Shown: positions 37,523 through 47,391 of the stretch, piece after piece
Layout: each line of letters begins with the position of its first letter
Position numbering within the stretch: position 1 is the first letter of the stretch
From: Nitrospirota bacterium
GTDB lineage: Bacteria > Nitrospirota > UBA9217
Assembly: GCA_963663225.1 (NCBI GenBank)
Contig: OY760142.1
Coordinates: 948,333-1,012,332, forward strand
Direction: 5' to 3'
DNA length: 64,000 nucleotides
Translations under genes and position numbers: made by a program
The notes under the pieces: generated by a model
The model's database searches: none
Told to the model about the DNA's origin: nothing
What the model saw: only the letters and a program-made list of their open reading frames with translations

Positions 37523-37536
37523 CGTGTATATACACG
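37523..37536. promoter_or_regulatory. 14-bp perfect palindrome CGTGTATATACACG about 32 bp upstream of marR (candidate autoregulatory operator)
   Basis: Read directly. A half-site TATACACG recurs at about 37611-37618. Confidence 0.35.
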
Positions 37537-37963
37537 TTTTATATCGCATAATGATTTGCCTGTCAATAGAAAAACGATTCGTCAGGCGTGGCGCTTCATC
37601 AATGCACAAATATACACGTATTTTCAACAGCTTATTGCAAAAAACATAATGCCGAATGAGATGCCGGGGTTGCCGTTTTGCGCAGCACTGTTTTTTTACT
37701 ACTGAGAAACTCAGGGCGTTCCTGATGAAAAGCAGTGATCATAAACAGCATTCTCTATTCTTTGCCGCAAGGGGATGAATCCGACTGTTGAACGATGGTT
37801 CTCCCTAAAAACTCTTTCAGCACCTGAGCATACAATGAGCAAACTTTTGGCAGGTCCCTGCCCCCGCGTAACTCTCTGGTTTTATTTGACATCCCTGCGG
37901 GTTTCTGGTAGAAATGTATATTCCCGTTAAAATTCTGCATTATTCTGCAAAGGAGCGGACTCG

Positions 37964-38575
37964 ATGAAAACAATAAAACTGGTTTTTGCGGTCGCACTCG
38001 GCCTTTGCGTAAGCGTTGCTGCCTACGCGCAATTCGGTTCGCCGCAACCCAAGACCATACCGGTCACCAAAAAGGAGATCAAGAAAATGTCTACAACAAA
38101 AGCAATTATTGAAACAAAATTCGGCAACATTACTCTGAAATTTTTTCCTGATGTCGCACCGGGACATGTGAAAAACTTCATCGATCTTGCCCAGAAGGGG
38201 CTGTATGACGGCACAACCTTTCACCGGGTAATTCCCGGATTCATGATACAGGGTGGAGATCCGAACTCGAAGAACCCGGACAAAAAGATGCACGGCATGG
38301 GAGGACCCGGCTACACGATTAAGGCAGAATTCAACGCGCGCCCGCACAAAAGAGGCACCCTCTCGATGGCCAGGGCGGCGAACCCGGACAGCGCAGGCTC
38401 TCAGTTCTTTATTTGCGTAAAGGATTCCTCGTTTCTCGACCGGCAGTATACCGTATTCGGGGAAGTAGAAAGCGGCATGGATGTTGCCGATAAAATCGTT
38501 TCCCAGCCCCGGGACGGAAATGACAACCCGAATGACCGCATCGAGATGAAAGTCAAGATTATTGAAGGAAAGTAA
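37964..38575 (+). CDS. ppiB: periplasmic peptidyl-prolyl cis-trans isomerase (cyclophilin type)
   Basis: Signal peptide plus the cyclophilin core (FHRVIPGFMIQGGDP...GTLSMARA...SQFFI). Confidence 0.85.
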   Translation: MKTIKLVFAVALGLCVSVAAYAQFGSPQPKTIPVTKKEIKKMSTTKAIIETKFGNITLKFFPDVAPGHVKNFIDLAQKGLYDGTTFHRVIPGFMIQGGDPNSKNPDKKMHGMGGPGYTIKAEFNARPHKRGTLSMARAANPDSAGSQFFICVKDSSFLDRQYTVFGEVESGMDVADKIVSQPRDGNDNPNDRIEMKVKIIEGK

Positions 38576-38648
38576 TCGCGTTTTTTGTCATGCGCCTGCT
38601 TTTTGATGCAACAACATTTTCTATTCGATAGTACGAGGACAGGACACC

Positions 38649-39854
38649 TTGAAACAAAATATAAAAAAAATCGTAGTCGCCTATTCCGGCGGCCTTGACA
38701 CTTCAGTCATCATTACCTGGCTAAAAGAGGAGTATGGGTGCGAAGTCATCGCCTTTACCGCCGACGTGGGCCAGGGAGAAGAGCTCGAACCGCTCCGCGA
38801 GAAAGCCATCAAGACCGGCGCAAGCAAGATTTACATCGATGATTTGCGCGAAGAGTTTGTGAGGGATTTCGTGTTTCCCATGCTGCGGGCAAACGCCGTG
38901 TATGAAGGCCGGTACTTTCTCGGAACATCCATTGCCCGTCCCTTGATCGCAAAACGGCAGATCGAAATTGCCGAGCAGGAAGGGGCCGATGCCGTATGCC
39001 ATGGAGCGACCGGCAAGGGAAATGACCAGGTCCGTTTCGAACTCACCTACTTTGCGCTCAAGCCGGACGTCAAGATCGTAGCCCCCTGGCGCGAGTGGAG
39101 CATGAAAGGCCGTGAAGACCTGTTCGCCTATGCTGAAAAACGCAAAATTCCCGTGACGGCAACCAAGTCCAAACCGTTTTCCACCGACCGCAACCTTCTG
39201 CATATCAGCTATGAAGGCGGAATTCTGGAAGACCCGTGGAAAGAATCAACCGAGGACATGTACACGCTGGCCGTGCCGGTTGAAAAGGCGCCCGACAAAC
39301 CGGAGTATGTCGAAGTTGAATATGAGGCCGGAAACCCGGTGGCAATCAATAAGAAAAAACTTTCTCCGGCCGTGCTCCTGGCAGAAGCAAACCGGATTGC
39401 CGGCAGCCATGGGGTCGGCAGGGTTGATCTCGTGGAAAACCGTTTCGTGGGAATGAAATCCCGGGGCGTCTACGAAACCCCGGGCGGCACGCTCCTGCAC
39501 GCGGCCCATCGGGCCGTGGAGTCCATCACCATGGACCGGGAAGTGATGCACCTCCGGGACGGCTTGATGCCGAACTATGCTGAACTGGTTTACTACGGAT
39601 ACTGGTTCTCGCCCGACCGCGTCATGCTGCAGGCGGCGATAGATGAATCACAGAAAAACGTGACCGGCACCGCCCGGCTGAAACTCTACAAAGGCAACTG
39701 CGAAACCGTGGGTAGAAAATCCCCGGTGTCGCTCTACAATCCGGAACTTGCCACCTTCGAAGCCGAGACGGTTTATAACCAAAAGGACGCGGAAGGTTTC
39801 ATCCGCTTGAATGCTCTGCGACTGAGAGTAGCAAAAAGAAGAGGGCCCTGCTGA
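38649..39854 (+). CDS. argG: argininosuccinate synthase
   Basis: PP-loop AYSGGLDTS and full-length ArgG. Confidence 0.9.
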   Translation: MKQNIKKIVVAYSGGLDTSVIITWLKEEYGCEVIAFTADVGQGEELEPLREKAIKTGASKIYIDDLREEFVRDFVFPMLRANAVYEGRYFLGTSIARPLIAKRQIEIAEQEGADAVCHGATGKGNDQVRFELTYFALKPDVKIVAPWREWSMKGREDLFAYAEKRKIPVTATKSKPFSTDRNLLHISYEGGILEDPWKESTEDMYTLAVPVEKAPDKPEYVEVEYEAGNPVAINKKKLSPAVLLAEANRIAGSHGVGRVDLVENRFVGMKSRGVYETPGGTLLHAAHRAVESITMDREVMHLRDGLMPNYAELVYYGYWFSPDRVMLQAAIDESQKNVTGTARLKLYKGNCETVGRKSPVSLYNPELATFEAETVYNQKDAEGFIRLNALRLRVAKRRGPC

Positions 39855-39944
39855 AAAAACGAAACAGCGACAATCATTGCGCTTCATGCATCATGATTGT
39901 CAGCTGTAATTTTTTCTCAATTGTTTAATCTGGTCAACCATTGT

Positions 39945-41381
39945 ATGAACACTGCGAAAAAAAATACACCATCGAAAAGAAGAGGAAAAGCAAGGACGGC
40001 TGCCGCCGCGCCCAAGCCATGGGCCGGCAGATTCACGGAAGCCACGAACAAACTCGTGGAAGAGTTCACTGCTTCCATTCCGTATGACTGGCGGCTTTAT
40101 CCCTATGATATCGCAGGCAGCATAGCCCATGCGACCATGCTGGCAAAGACCGGCATTATTACCAAGAAGGAAGCCGCCAGAATTGTGCGCGGGCTGGAGG
40201 ATATTCTCAAGGAAATTGCCGGCGGTGTTTTTAAGTTTCGTCTGGAGCTTGAAGACATCCACATGAACATCGAAAGCCGCCTGATGCGCAAAATCGGCCC
40301 CGTCGGCGGCAAGCTGCACACCGCGCGGAGCAGAAACGACCAGGTTGCACTCGATCTCCGCATGTATGTGCGGGACGAAATCGCCGAACTGCATGACCTG
40401 CTCGGCTCAATGCAAAAAACCCTGGTGTCGCTCGCAGACCGGCATTCCGAGGTGGTCCTTCCGGGTTACACGCATCTGCAGCGCGCACAGCCCGTGCTTT
40501 TCGGCCATCATCTGCTCGCGTATTACGAGATGTTCGAGCGGGACAGAGGCCGTCTTACCGACTGCTTCAGGCGCGTGAACGTCCTGCCGCTGGGTGCGGG
40601 TGCCCTTGCCGGAACCGTGCTTCCCATCGACCGGCTTTTTGTGGCCAAACAGCTCGCATTCAGCGGGATCGCGGAAAACAGCATGGACGCGGTGTCCGAC
40701 CGCGATTTTGCCATCGAATTTACTGCTGCCTGCGCCCAGATTATGATGCATTTGTCACGGCTTTCAGAGGAACTTGTCCTGTGGTCGACGTCCGAGTTTC
40801 AGTTTATTACCATTTCGGATGCGTTCACCACCGGTTCTTCCATCATGCCTCAGAAAAAGAATCCCGATGTGGCAGAGCTTGCCCGCGGCAAAACCGGGCG
40901 AGTATACGGCAGCCTTGTGGCGCTTTTGACGATCATGAAAGGCCTGCCGCTCGCGTACAACCGCGACATGCAGGAGGACAAGGAGCCCCTTTTTGACGCC
41001 GCGGATACGGTGAAGCAGTCGCTTTCCGTGTTTATCGATATGCTGAAAAGCATCACGGTGCACAAAGACGCAATGCAAAGGGCCGCTGACGACGGCTTTA
41101 TTACCGCCACAGACCTTGCCGACTATCTGGTGCGGAAAGGTCTTCCCTTCAGGCAGGCGCATGAAGTCGTGGGCAAGGCGGTTCTCCGCGCCCTTGAACA
41201 GGGGTGCGGCCTTTCGACCCTGCCGCTCAGGGAATATAAACATCTTTCATCCCTGATCAATAAAGACGTATACGATGCGCTGTCCCTAGAAGCCTCTGTG
41301 GGCAGACGTATTTCACAGGGAGGCACCGCTCCAACAAACCTGCGCAAGCGCCTCTTCGCGCTCAAGAAAAAGATGCGATGA
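39945..41381 (+). CDS. argH: argininosuccinate lyase
   Basis: Fumarate-lyase signature [12 protein letters not shown]. The start ATG is at 39945. It has an unusual basic N-terminal extension of about 25 aa ([23 protein letters not shown]) before the canonical WAGRF. Confidence 0.9.
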   Translation: MNTAKKNTPSKRRGKARTAAAAPKPWAGRFTEATNKLVEEFTASIPYDWRLYPYDIAGSIAHATMLAKTGIITKKEAARIVRGLEDILKEIAGGVFKFRLELEDIHMNIESRLMRKIGPVGGKLHTARSRNDQVALDLRMYVRDEIAELHDLLGSMQKTLVSLADRHSEVVLPGYTHLQRAQPVLFGHHLLAYYEMFERDRGRLTDCFRRVNVLPLGAGALAGTVLPIDRLFVAKQLAFSGIAENSMDAVSDRDFAIEFTAACAQIMMHLSRLSEELVLWSTSEFQFITISDAFTTGSSIMPQKKNPDVAELARGKTGRVYGSLVALLTIMKGLPLAYNRDMQEDKEPLFDAADTVKQSLSVFIDMLKSITVHKDAMQRAADDGFITATDLADYLVRKGLPFRQAHEVVGKAVLRALEQGCGLSTLPLREYKHLSSLINKDVYDALSLEASVGRRISQGGTAPTNLRKRLFALKKKMR

Positions 41382-42472
41382 CCATGCATACACGATCTTT
41401 GACCGCGGCTTTCGTGCTGCTCGTTCTGACGATTACCGGCGCCTGCGGATGGAAAACCCAGCCTCTTGTTCCTGAAAGCCCGAGACCCGAGATGATACGG
41501 GACATAAAAGCCGTTACCAGGGACACCACTGCTTTTCTTTCGTGGCCTGTGCCGGTCCGAAATGTTGAAGGCAAAAGCATGGGGCCGGCCGATACCCGAG
41601 AATTTCGCATAGAGCGCGCCGTAATCAGGCAAGACCAGAAAACACCGCGATATCGCCGTTATGCCGACATCGACATGGCGAACCCCATGCCCGCTGTTGT
41701 CCGGAACGGCATGGTGTTCTGGAATGATGCCGATCTCAAGTACAATCAGATGTATGGATACCGGATACGGACGATAAGCACGCGGGGCGGAATAAGCGCC
41801 TGGTCGCCGGACGTGCGGATCGCCCCTCTGTTGTCGCTTGCCATACCAAAAGGTCTTATTGCGCAGGGAGGAGAGAACACCACGACGCTTTCCTGGGATC
41901 CGGTGGCCACAAGGATGGACGGCAGTCAATATGACGGCTTTGTCGGATACAATGTGTACCGGGCCGCTGAAAAAAGCAAATACGATGAAACTCCGTTGAA
42001 CAAGGAACCGGTCAGAACAAACGCATACAACGACACCACGGTCGAGAATGACAAAACATATTATTACCGGGTGCGCTCTGTAGACAGCCCGACGCCTCCC
42101 TTGCATGAAAGCCCGGACTCGAACGAGGCGTCCGCAACACCGAGGAAATCGACGCCTCCTGCAAGGCCGGCCGGGCTCACCGCTGTTCCGGGCATAGCGC
42201 GGGTTTTTCTTACCTGGAGTGAAAATACGGAACCGGATCTTGCGGGTTACTACGTCTACCGGTCCGGCAGCAGCGGAAGAGACTACGTCCGTTTGACCGC
42301 GGAACTTCTTAACCAGACGACCTTTTCCGATGAAACAGCAAAAGCGGGTTCCACGTATTTTTATGTTATCACCGCAGTAGATAAATCGGGCAATGAAAGC
42401 GCCCGATCGCAGGAAAAAAAGGCTTTTGTCGAGGATTTGAAGCAAAAATTCAACAAAAAGCAAACGCCATAG
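41378..42472 (+). CDS. lipoprotein with three fibronectin type III-like repeats, function unknown
   Basis: Signal peptide with lipobox LTITGAC. Repeated ...T(A/L)xLSW(D)PV... FN3-like units. Its ATG overlaps the argH stop (ATGA). Confidence 0.6.
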   Translation: MTMHTRSLTAAFVLLVLTITGACGWKTQPLVPESPRPEMIRDIKAVTRDTTAFLSWPVPVRNVEGKSMGPADTREFRIERAVIRQDQKTPRYRRYADIDMANPMPAVVRNGMVFWNDADLKYNQMYGYRIRTISTRGGISAWSPDVRIAPLLSLAIPKGLIAQGGENTTTLSWDPVATRMDGSQYDGFVGYNVYRAAEKSKYDETPLNKEPVRTNAYNDTTVENDKTYYYRVRSVDSPTPPLHESPDSNEASATPRKSTPPARPAGLTAVPGIARVFLTWSENTEPDLAGYYVYRSGSSGRDYVRLTAELLNQTTFSDETAKAGSTYFYVITAVDKSGNESARSQEKKAFVEDLKQKFNKKQTP

Positions 42473-42532
42473 CGGCGGGAAAAATTGTTTTTCTATTCCC
42501 AGGTTCGCAGCACGTTCCGGAGAGGATAAACC

Positions 42533-43798
42533 ATGCACGATTTTCAATACAGAAATGGCGAGTTGTATTGTGAAGACGTATCCGTCAGAAGCGTCGCCCA
42601 GCGGGTCGGCACGCCGTTTTATCTGTACAGCAGCCGCACGCTCGTGAACCATTTTCGCGCTTTCGACAATGCGTTTGCAGGCGTCCCCCATCTCATTTGT
42701 TTCGCACTGAAAGCCAACTCGAACAGCGCCGTACTCAGACTTCTCAGCTGCGAAGGCGCGGGAGCGGACATGGTCTCCGGCGGTGAACTGTTTCGCGCCC
42801 TTCGGGCAGGCATCGACCCTCACAAAATCGTTTTTGCCGGAGTTGGAAAACGCCGGGATGAAATAGAATACGCCCTCAAAGTGGGCATCCTGATGTTTAA
42901 CGTGGAATCAGGCGAAGAGCTGCATGCAATCGATCAGGCGGCAAAAGACATGCACGCGGTTGCGCGTATTGCGCTCCGGGTGAACCCGAACATCGACCCG
43001 AAAACACATCCCTATATTTCCACCGGCCTCAAGGAGAATAAATTCGGGATCCCCATCGAGCACGCGCTTGAATACTATCAAGCCGCGAAAAAGCTGTCGA
43101 ACATCGAAGTCATCGGCGTGCATCAGCATATTGGCTCCCAAATCACCGAGGTGCAGCCCTTTGTGGACGCCCTGGAAAAACTTGTCGAGTTTGTAAAAGA
43201 CCTTCGGTCTGCCGGCATGAATATTCAATACATCAACATCGGGGGCGGATTGGGCATCACCTATAAGGATGAAACTCCACCCCTCCCAAGCGATGTGGCA
43301 AAGGCGGTACGGCCCCTGCTCAGCGGCTCGGGATGCACCATTGTCATGGAACCGGGAAGAGCGATCGTGGGCAACGCGGGCATACTCGTAACCAGCGCTC
43401 TCTACCGCAAGGACGGCGATAAAAAGCGCTTCCTCATCGTTGATGCCGGCATGAATGATTTGATCCGCCCCAGCCTGTATGAAGCGTATCATGACATCCG
43501 TCCGGTGGCCGAATCCGCTGGTGACACGGCGTTGCTGACGACCGAGGTCGTCGGCCCCATCTGTGAATCAGGCGACTTTCTTGCAAAAGACCGTCCCATG
43601 GCGGATATTCAGCCGGGAGACCTGCTTGCGGTCATGGGCGCCGGCGCCTATGGTTTCTCCATGTCGTCCAACTATAATTCGCGCCTTCGCATACCGGAAG
43701 TGATGGTCAAGGGCAGCGAATATTATGTCGTCCGGGAACGGGAAACCTACAATGATCTTATTAAAGGGGAAAAAGTCCCGCGATGGCTGGCAGGTTAG
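42533..43798 (+). CDS. lysA: diaminopimelate decarboxylase
   Basis: PLP-dependent Orn/DAP decarboxylase fold and full-length LysA. Confidence 0.9.
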   Translation: MHDFQYRNGELYCEDVSVRSVAQRVGTPFYLYSSRTLVNHFRAFDNAFAGVPHLICFALKANSNSAVLRLLSCEGAGADMVSGGELFRALRAGIDPHKIVFAGVGKRRDEIEYALKVGILMFNVESGEELHAIDQAAKDMHAVARIALRVNPNIDPKTHPYISTGLKENKFGIPIEHALEYYQAAKKLSNIEVIGVHQHIGSQITEVQPFVDALEKLVEFVKDLRSAGMNIQYINIGGGLGITYKDETPPLPSDVAKAVRPLLSGSGCTIVMEPGRAIVGNAGILVTSALYRKDGDKKRFLIVDAGMNDLIRPSLYEAYHDIRPVAESAGDTALLTTEVVGPICESGDFLAKDRPMADIQPGDLLAVMGAGAYGFSMSSNYNSRLRIPEVMVKGSEYYVVRERETYNDLIKGEKVPRWLAG

Positions 43799-43840
43799 TG
43801 CGCATGCCCTGGCAAGGAAACCCCTGAGAGGAAGTGCCCT

Positions 43841-44662
43841 ATGCGACAGCTGAAGAAAATACCGTTTTATAAAATGCAGGGAAGCGGCAATGACTTTATT
43901 CTGATCGACAATCGCAGCGGTGTTCTGAAAGGCAAAAATCTCAAAAAAGTAGCTTTGAGCGTCTGCAATCGGCATTATTCAGTGGGCGCCGACGGGCTGA
44001 TCGTGATTGCTCCGTCGCGGAAGTTTAACTTCAAGTGGCACTTCTTCAACGCGGACGGCAGCGAGGCGGAAATGTGCGGCAACGGTTCACGGTGCGCTGC
44101 GCGATTTGCCTATATAAAAAAAATAGCCCCGAAAAAAATGACGTTCGAGACATTGGCAGGCCCCATTTGGGCGCAGGTCAGAGACAGCCGGGTAAAAGTA
44201 CAGCTTACGGACGCCTTCGGACTGCGTATGAATATTGCCGTTCCGCTCGAGGGCGGTTTGCGCATGGGTCATTTTATCAATACCGGAGTTCCGCATCTCG
44301 TTTATTTTTCAAAAGACATTGACCAGGAAGACGTGGACCGCATCGGCCGTGCGACAAGATACCATGCACTTTTCAAACCGGCGGGCACCAATGTCAACTT
44401 CATTCAAGTCCTTAGCCCGCGTAAACTCAGAATCAGAACCTATGAACGCGGTGTGGAGGGTGAGACCTTGGCATGCGGGACGGGTTCTGTTGCCGCCGCA
44501 CTTATAGCAGGCTCCATCAAGGCAGTCTCTTCACCGGTTGAGGTTATAACGAAAAGCGGTGAAAAACTGACCGTTTCCTATGAGCGAACACCGTCGGAAT
44601 TCAGGGAAATATTCCTCGAAGGGGAAGCAGAAATAATATGCGAAGGGCTATTGTACTGCTGA
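43841..44662 (+). CDS. dapF: diaminopimelate epimerase
   Basis: Hallmark N-terminus FYKMQGSGNDF, with the two catalytic Cys (MCGNGSRC ; LACGTGS). Confidence 0.9.
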   Translation: MRQLKKIPFYKMQGSGNDFILIDNRSGVLKGKNLKKVALSVCNRHYSVGADGLIVIAPSRKFNFKWHFFNADGSEAEMCGNGSRCAARFAYIKKIAPKKMTFETLAGPIWAQVRDSRVKVQLTDAFGLRMNIAVPLEGGLRMGHFINTGVPHLVYFSKDIDQEDVDRIGRATRYHALFKPAGTNVNFIQVLSPRKLRIRTYERGVEGETLACGTGSVAAALIAGSIKAVSSPVEVITKSGEKLTVSYERTPSEFREIFLEGEAEIICEGLLYC

Positions 44663-44755
44663 TAACCGTGCATTGTTTCCCGTGCATTGCAGATTGCCGG
44701 CAAGCGGTTTCGACGTTCTGAAGGTATTTATAGTACGCATTAAGAGGGGGTTGCT

Positions 44756-45628
44756 ATGTTTAAAGGGTCGATGGTTGCCATAATCACACCGTTCAAAAAC
44801 GGGACCATAGATGAAAAAGCCTTCGGCGATCTGATCGAGTTCCATATCAAAAACGGCACCGACGCCATTGTGCCTTGTGGGACATCAGGTGAGTCCGCCA
44901 CGCTTTCACACGAAGAACACCACCGCGTGGTCGAGTTCACCGTCCAAACAGTAAACAAGCGGATACCTGTCGTTGCGGGAGCCGGCTCAAACAGCACCGA
45001 AGAGACGCGGGAGCTTACCCGTTTTGCAAAAAAGGCGGGCGCGGACGGTGTGCTGCTTATTACGCCGTATTATAACAAACCAACACAGGAAGGCCTGTAC
45101 CGGCACTTCAAGACGGTCGCGGAATCCACGGAAATTCCCATTATTCTTTACAATGTGCCCGGCCGGACAGGAGTGAACATGCTGCCGGAAACCGTGGCGC
45201 GTCTTCGCGAAATTGCAAATATCGTCGGCATCAAAGAGGCCACCGGCGATTTGAAGCAGATAAGCGAGGTGCTCCGGCTGTGCGGCAGGGATTTTGATGT
45301 GATCTCGGGGGACGACTTCACCAATCTTCCCGTTCTTTCCATTGGAGGCGTCGGGTCCATTTCCGTCACGGCGAATGTGGCGCCAGCCGATTGCGCGGCC
45401 TTGTTTGACGCATTTTTTGCCGGGGACCTCGAGAAAGCCCTTCAGCTTCATTATAAACTGGAACCGCTGCACAGTGCCATGTTTATCGAAACAAATCCGA
45501 TTCCGGCGAAGACGGCTCTCGTGCTTATGGGAAAAGTTGCAGAAGAGTTCCGCCTGCCCCTCTGTCCCATGGCTGATGCGAACAAACTAAAACTGAAAAA
45601 AGCATTACAGGATTACAAACTGATCTGA
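44756..45628 (+). CDS. dapA: 4-hydroxy-tetrahydrodipicolinate synthase
   Basis: DapA family (GTTGES-like CGTSGES). The Schiff-base Lys region is conserved. Confidence 0.9.
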   Translation: MFKGSMVAIITPFKNGTIDEKAFGDLIEFHIKNGTDAIVPCGTSGESATLSHEEHHRVVEFTVQTVNKRIPVVAGAGSNSTEETRELTRFAKKAGADGVLLITPYYNKPTQEGLYRHFKTVAESTEIPIILYNVPGRTGVNMLPETVARLREIANIVGIKEATGDLKQISEVLRLCGRDFDVISGDDFTNLPVLSIGGVGSISVTANVAPADCAALFDAFFAGDLEKALQLHYKLEPLHSAMFIETNPIPAKTALVLMGKVAEEFRLPLCPMADANKLKLKKALQDYKLI

Positions 45629-45767
45629 GCAGCGCCATACTCCGCAGAGAGAAAATGTTCGCAGGCAGGAACAATGCCCGGAAGAATTGACAATCAACAA
45701 TTCTTTCCCGCGAACCGTTCCAGCAATGGAACCTCATATCCTCCCTGCGGCTAACCAGGAGTGCATT

Positions 45768-46577
45768 ATGATTAACGCTGTCGTAACGGGAGCGGCAGGC
45801 AGAATGGGTCTGCGGATCATCAATCTTCTCTCGACGGAAGAAGACATCCGCCTTTCTGCCGCACTAGAACGAAGCGGCCATCCGCTCATTGGTCAGGATG
45901 TTTTTCCTCTGGCGGGCCTTCCGGCCGGCAAACAACCTGCACCCATCGTTGACGATCTTGCAGCCGCCCTTAAAGACGGAGATGTTCTCATTGATTTCAC
46001 CCAACCCGCCCCTAGTCTTGCCAGCATAAGAGCCTGCGCGGAGCAGGGCAAGCCGATCGTGGTGGGCACCACCGGCTTTTCGCCGGAGCACCTTGCGGAA
46101 ATCGAACGGCATGCACGCAAAATCCCCTGTATACTTTCACCCAACATGAGCATCGGCGTCAATCTTTGTTTCAGAATTTTGGCCGAAATTGCAGCAACCA
46201 TCGGCAACGACTATGACATGGAAATCATAGAAGCCCACCACAATCTGAAAAAAGACGCTCCTTCGGGCACCGCCATGAAGATGGCGCATATTATCGCCCA
46301 GGCTGTGAACCGCGACCTGGGAAAAACCGCAGTGTATGCCCGCAGAGGCATGATCGGTGAACGCTCCAAACAGGAGATCGGCATTCAAACGGTGCGCGCC
46401 GGAGATATTGTCGGTGAACACACCGTCATGTTTGCGGGCACGGGAGAGCGAATTGAGATCACGCACCGTGCGCACAGCAGGGACACGTTTGCCGCAGGCG
46501 CTATTCGCGCGGCAAAATGGATTGTAAATAAAAAACCCGGCATATATGATATGCAGGATGTGCTGGGACTGAAATAA
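45768..46577 (+). CDS. dapB: 4-hydroxy-tetrahydrodipicolinate reductase
   Basis: N-terminal NAD(P) motif GAAGRMG. The start ATG at 45768 is preceded by GGAG. The longer ORF from 45687 has no RBS. Confidence 0.9.
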   Translation: MINAVVTGAAGRMGLRIINLLSTEEDIRLSAALERSGHPLIGQDVFPLAGLPAGKQPAPIVDDLAAALKDGDVLIDFTQPAPSLASIRACAEQGKPIVVGTTGFSPEHLAEIERHARKIPCILSPNMSIGVNLCFRILAEIAATIGNDYDMEIIEAHHNLKKDAPSGTAMKMAHIIAQAVNRDLGKTAVYARRGMIGERSKQEIGIQTVRAGDIVGEHTVMFAGTGERIEITHRAHSRDTFAAGAIRAAKWIVNKKPGIYDMQDVLGLK

Positions 46578-46615
46578 TGCTTTCCGATGTGTAATCCCCT
46601 CTAAAGGAGTTTTCC

Positions 46616-47347
46616 ATGAAGAATGTTGTTTGTTTGCTTACTGGTTTTTTATTGTTCATCCTTCCTGTGTCGGCGCATGCATTTAAGATGAAGGAAGGGC
46701 AGGACTGTCTGAAATGCCATAAATTAAAAAAGTCCGAGGCACAGGATATTGTTGATCGCGTTGTGCCGAACGGCAAAGTTCTTGATATCAAGGCCTCGCC
46801 GCTCAAAGGGGCGTGGCAAATCGAAGTCCAGAAGGAAGCACAGCACGGCATTGTGCTTCTTGATTTTTCGAAAAAGTACCTGATCGGCGGCCTCAGTCCC
46901 GTGCCGAAAAAAGTGGCCTTCTCTAAAATTCCGCTTTCGGACGCCATTGTGTTGGGCGCCGCGACGGCGAAGAAAAAGGTCATTGTTTTCACGGATCCGG
47001 ACTGTCCGTACTGCCGCGAACTGCATCCGGTGATGAAGCGCATTGTCGAAAAGCATGCCGACATAGCGTTCTATCTGATCCTGAATCCTCTGCCGATGCA
47101 CAAGGATGCATACAAAAAGGCCCAGGCTATATTGTGCTCAAAATCAATTCCCATACTCGATGATGCATTCAGCGGTAAACCGGTGCCAGAGCCGTCTTGT
47201 CCTGCAGATGCGGTCGAACGGACCACGGCCCTGGCGAAATCCTACGACTTTACCGGAACACCGCTCTTAGTGCGGCAGGACGGACTTGTGCTTCCGGGGT
47301 ATCTTCCGGAAGAAAAACTGTTGGATTGGATTAACACGGGCAAATAA
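46616..47347 (+). CDS. periplasmic DsbC/DsbG-like thiol:disulfide interchange protein with an N-terminal CXXCH motif
   Basis: Signal peptide. Thioredoxin-fold CxxC (DPDCPYCRELH). N-terminal region with CLKCH, a c-type heme-binding consensus. Confidence 0.7.
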   Translation: MKNVVCLLTGFLLFILPVSAHAFKMKEGQDCLKCHKLKKSEAQDIVDRVVPNGKVLDIKASPLKGAWQIEVQKEAQHGIVLLDFSKKYLIGGLSPVPKKVAFSKIPLSDAIVLGAATAKKKVIVFTDPDCPYCRELHPVMKRIVEKHADIAFYLILNPLPMHKDAYKKAQAILCSKSIPILDDAFSGKPVPEPSCPADAVERTTALAKSYDFTGTPLLVRQDGLVLPGYLPEEKLLDWINTGK

Positions 47348-47391
47348 CATTTGTTTTGAGGATTCAAAGAATTCATAAGGAGGTTTTATTC

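Noticed and set aside
41123-42823. 566-aa minus-strand ORF spanning argH, the lipoprotein gene and lysA
   Set aside because: It is antisense to three well-supported biosynthetic genes. Its composition is Arg/Gly/Pro-rich, typical of a GC-rich reverse frame.
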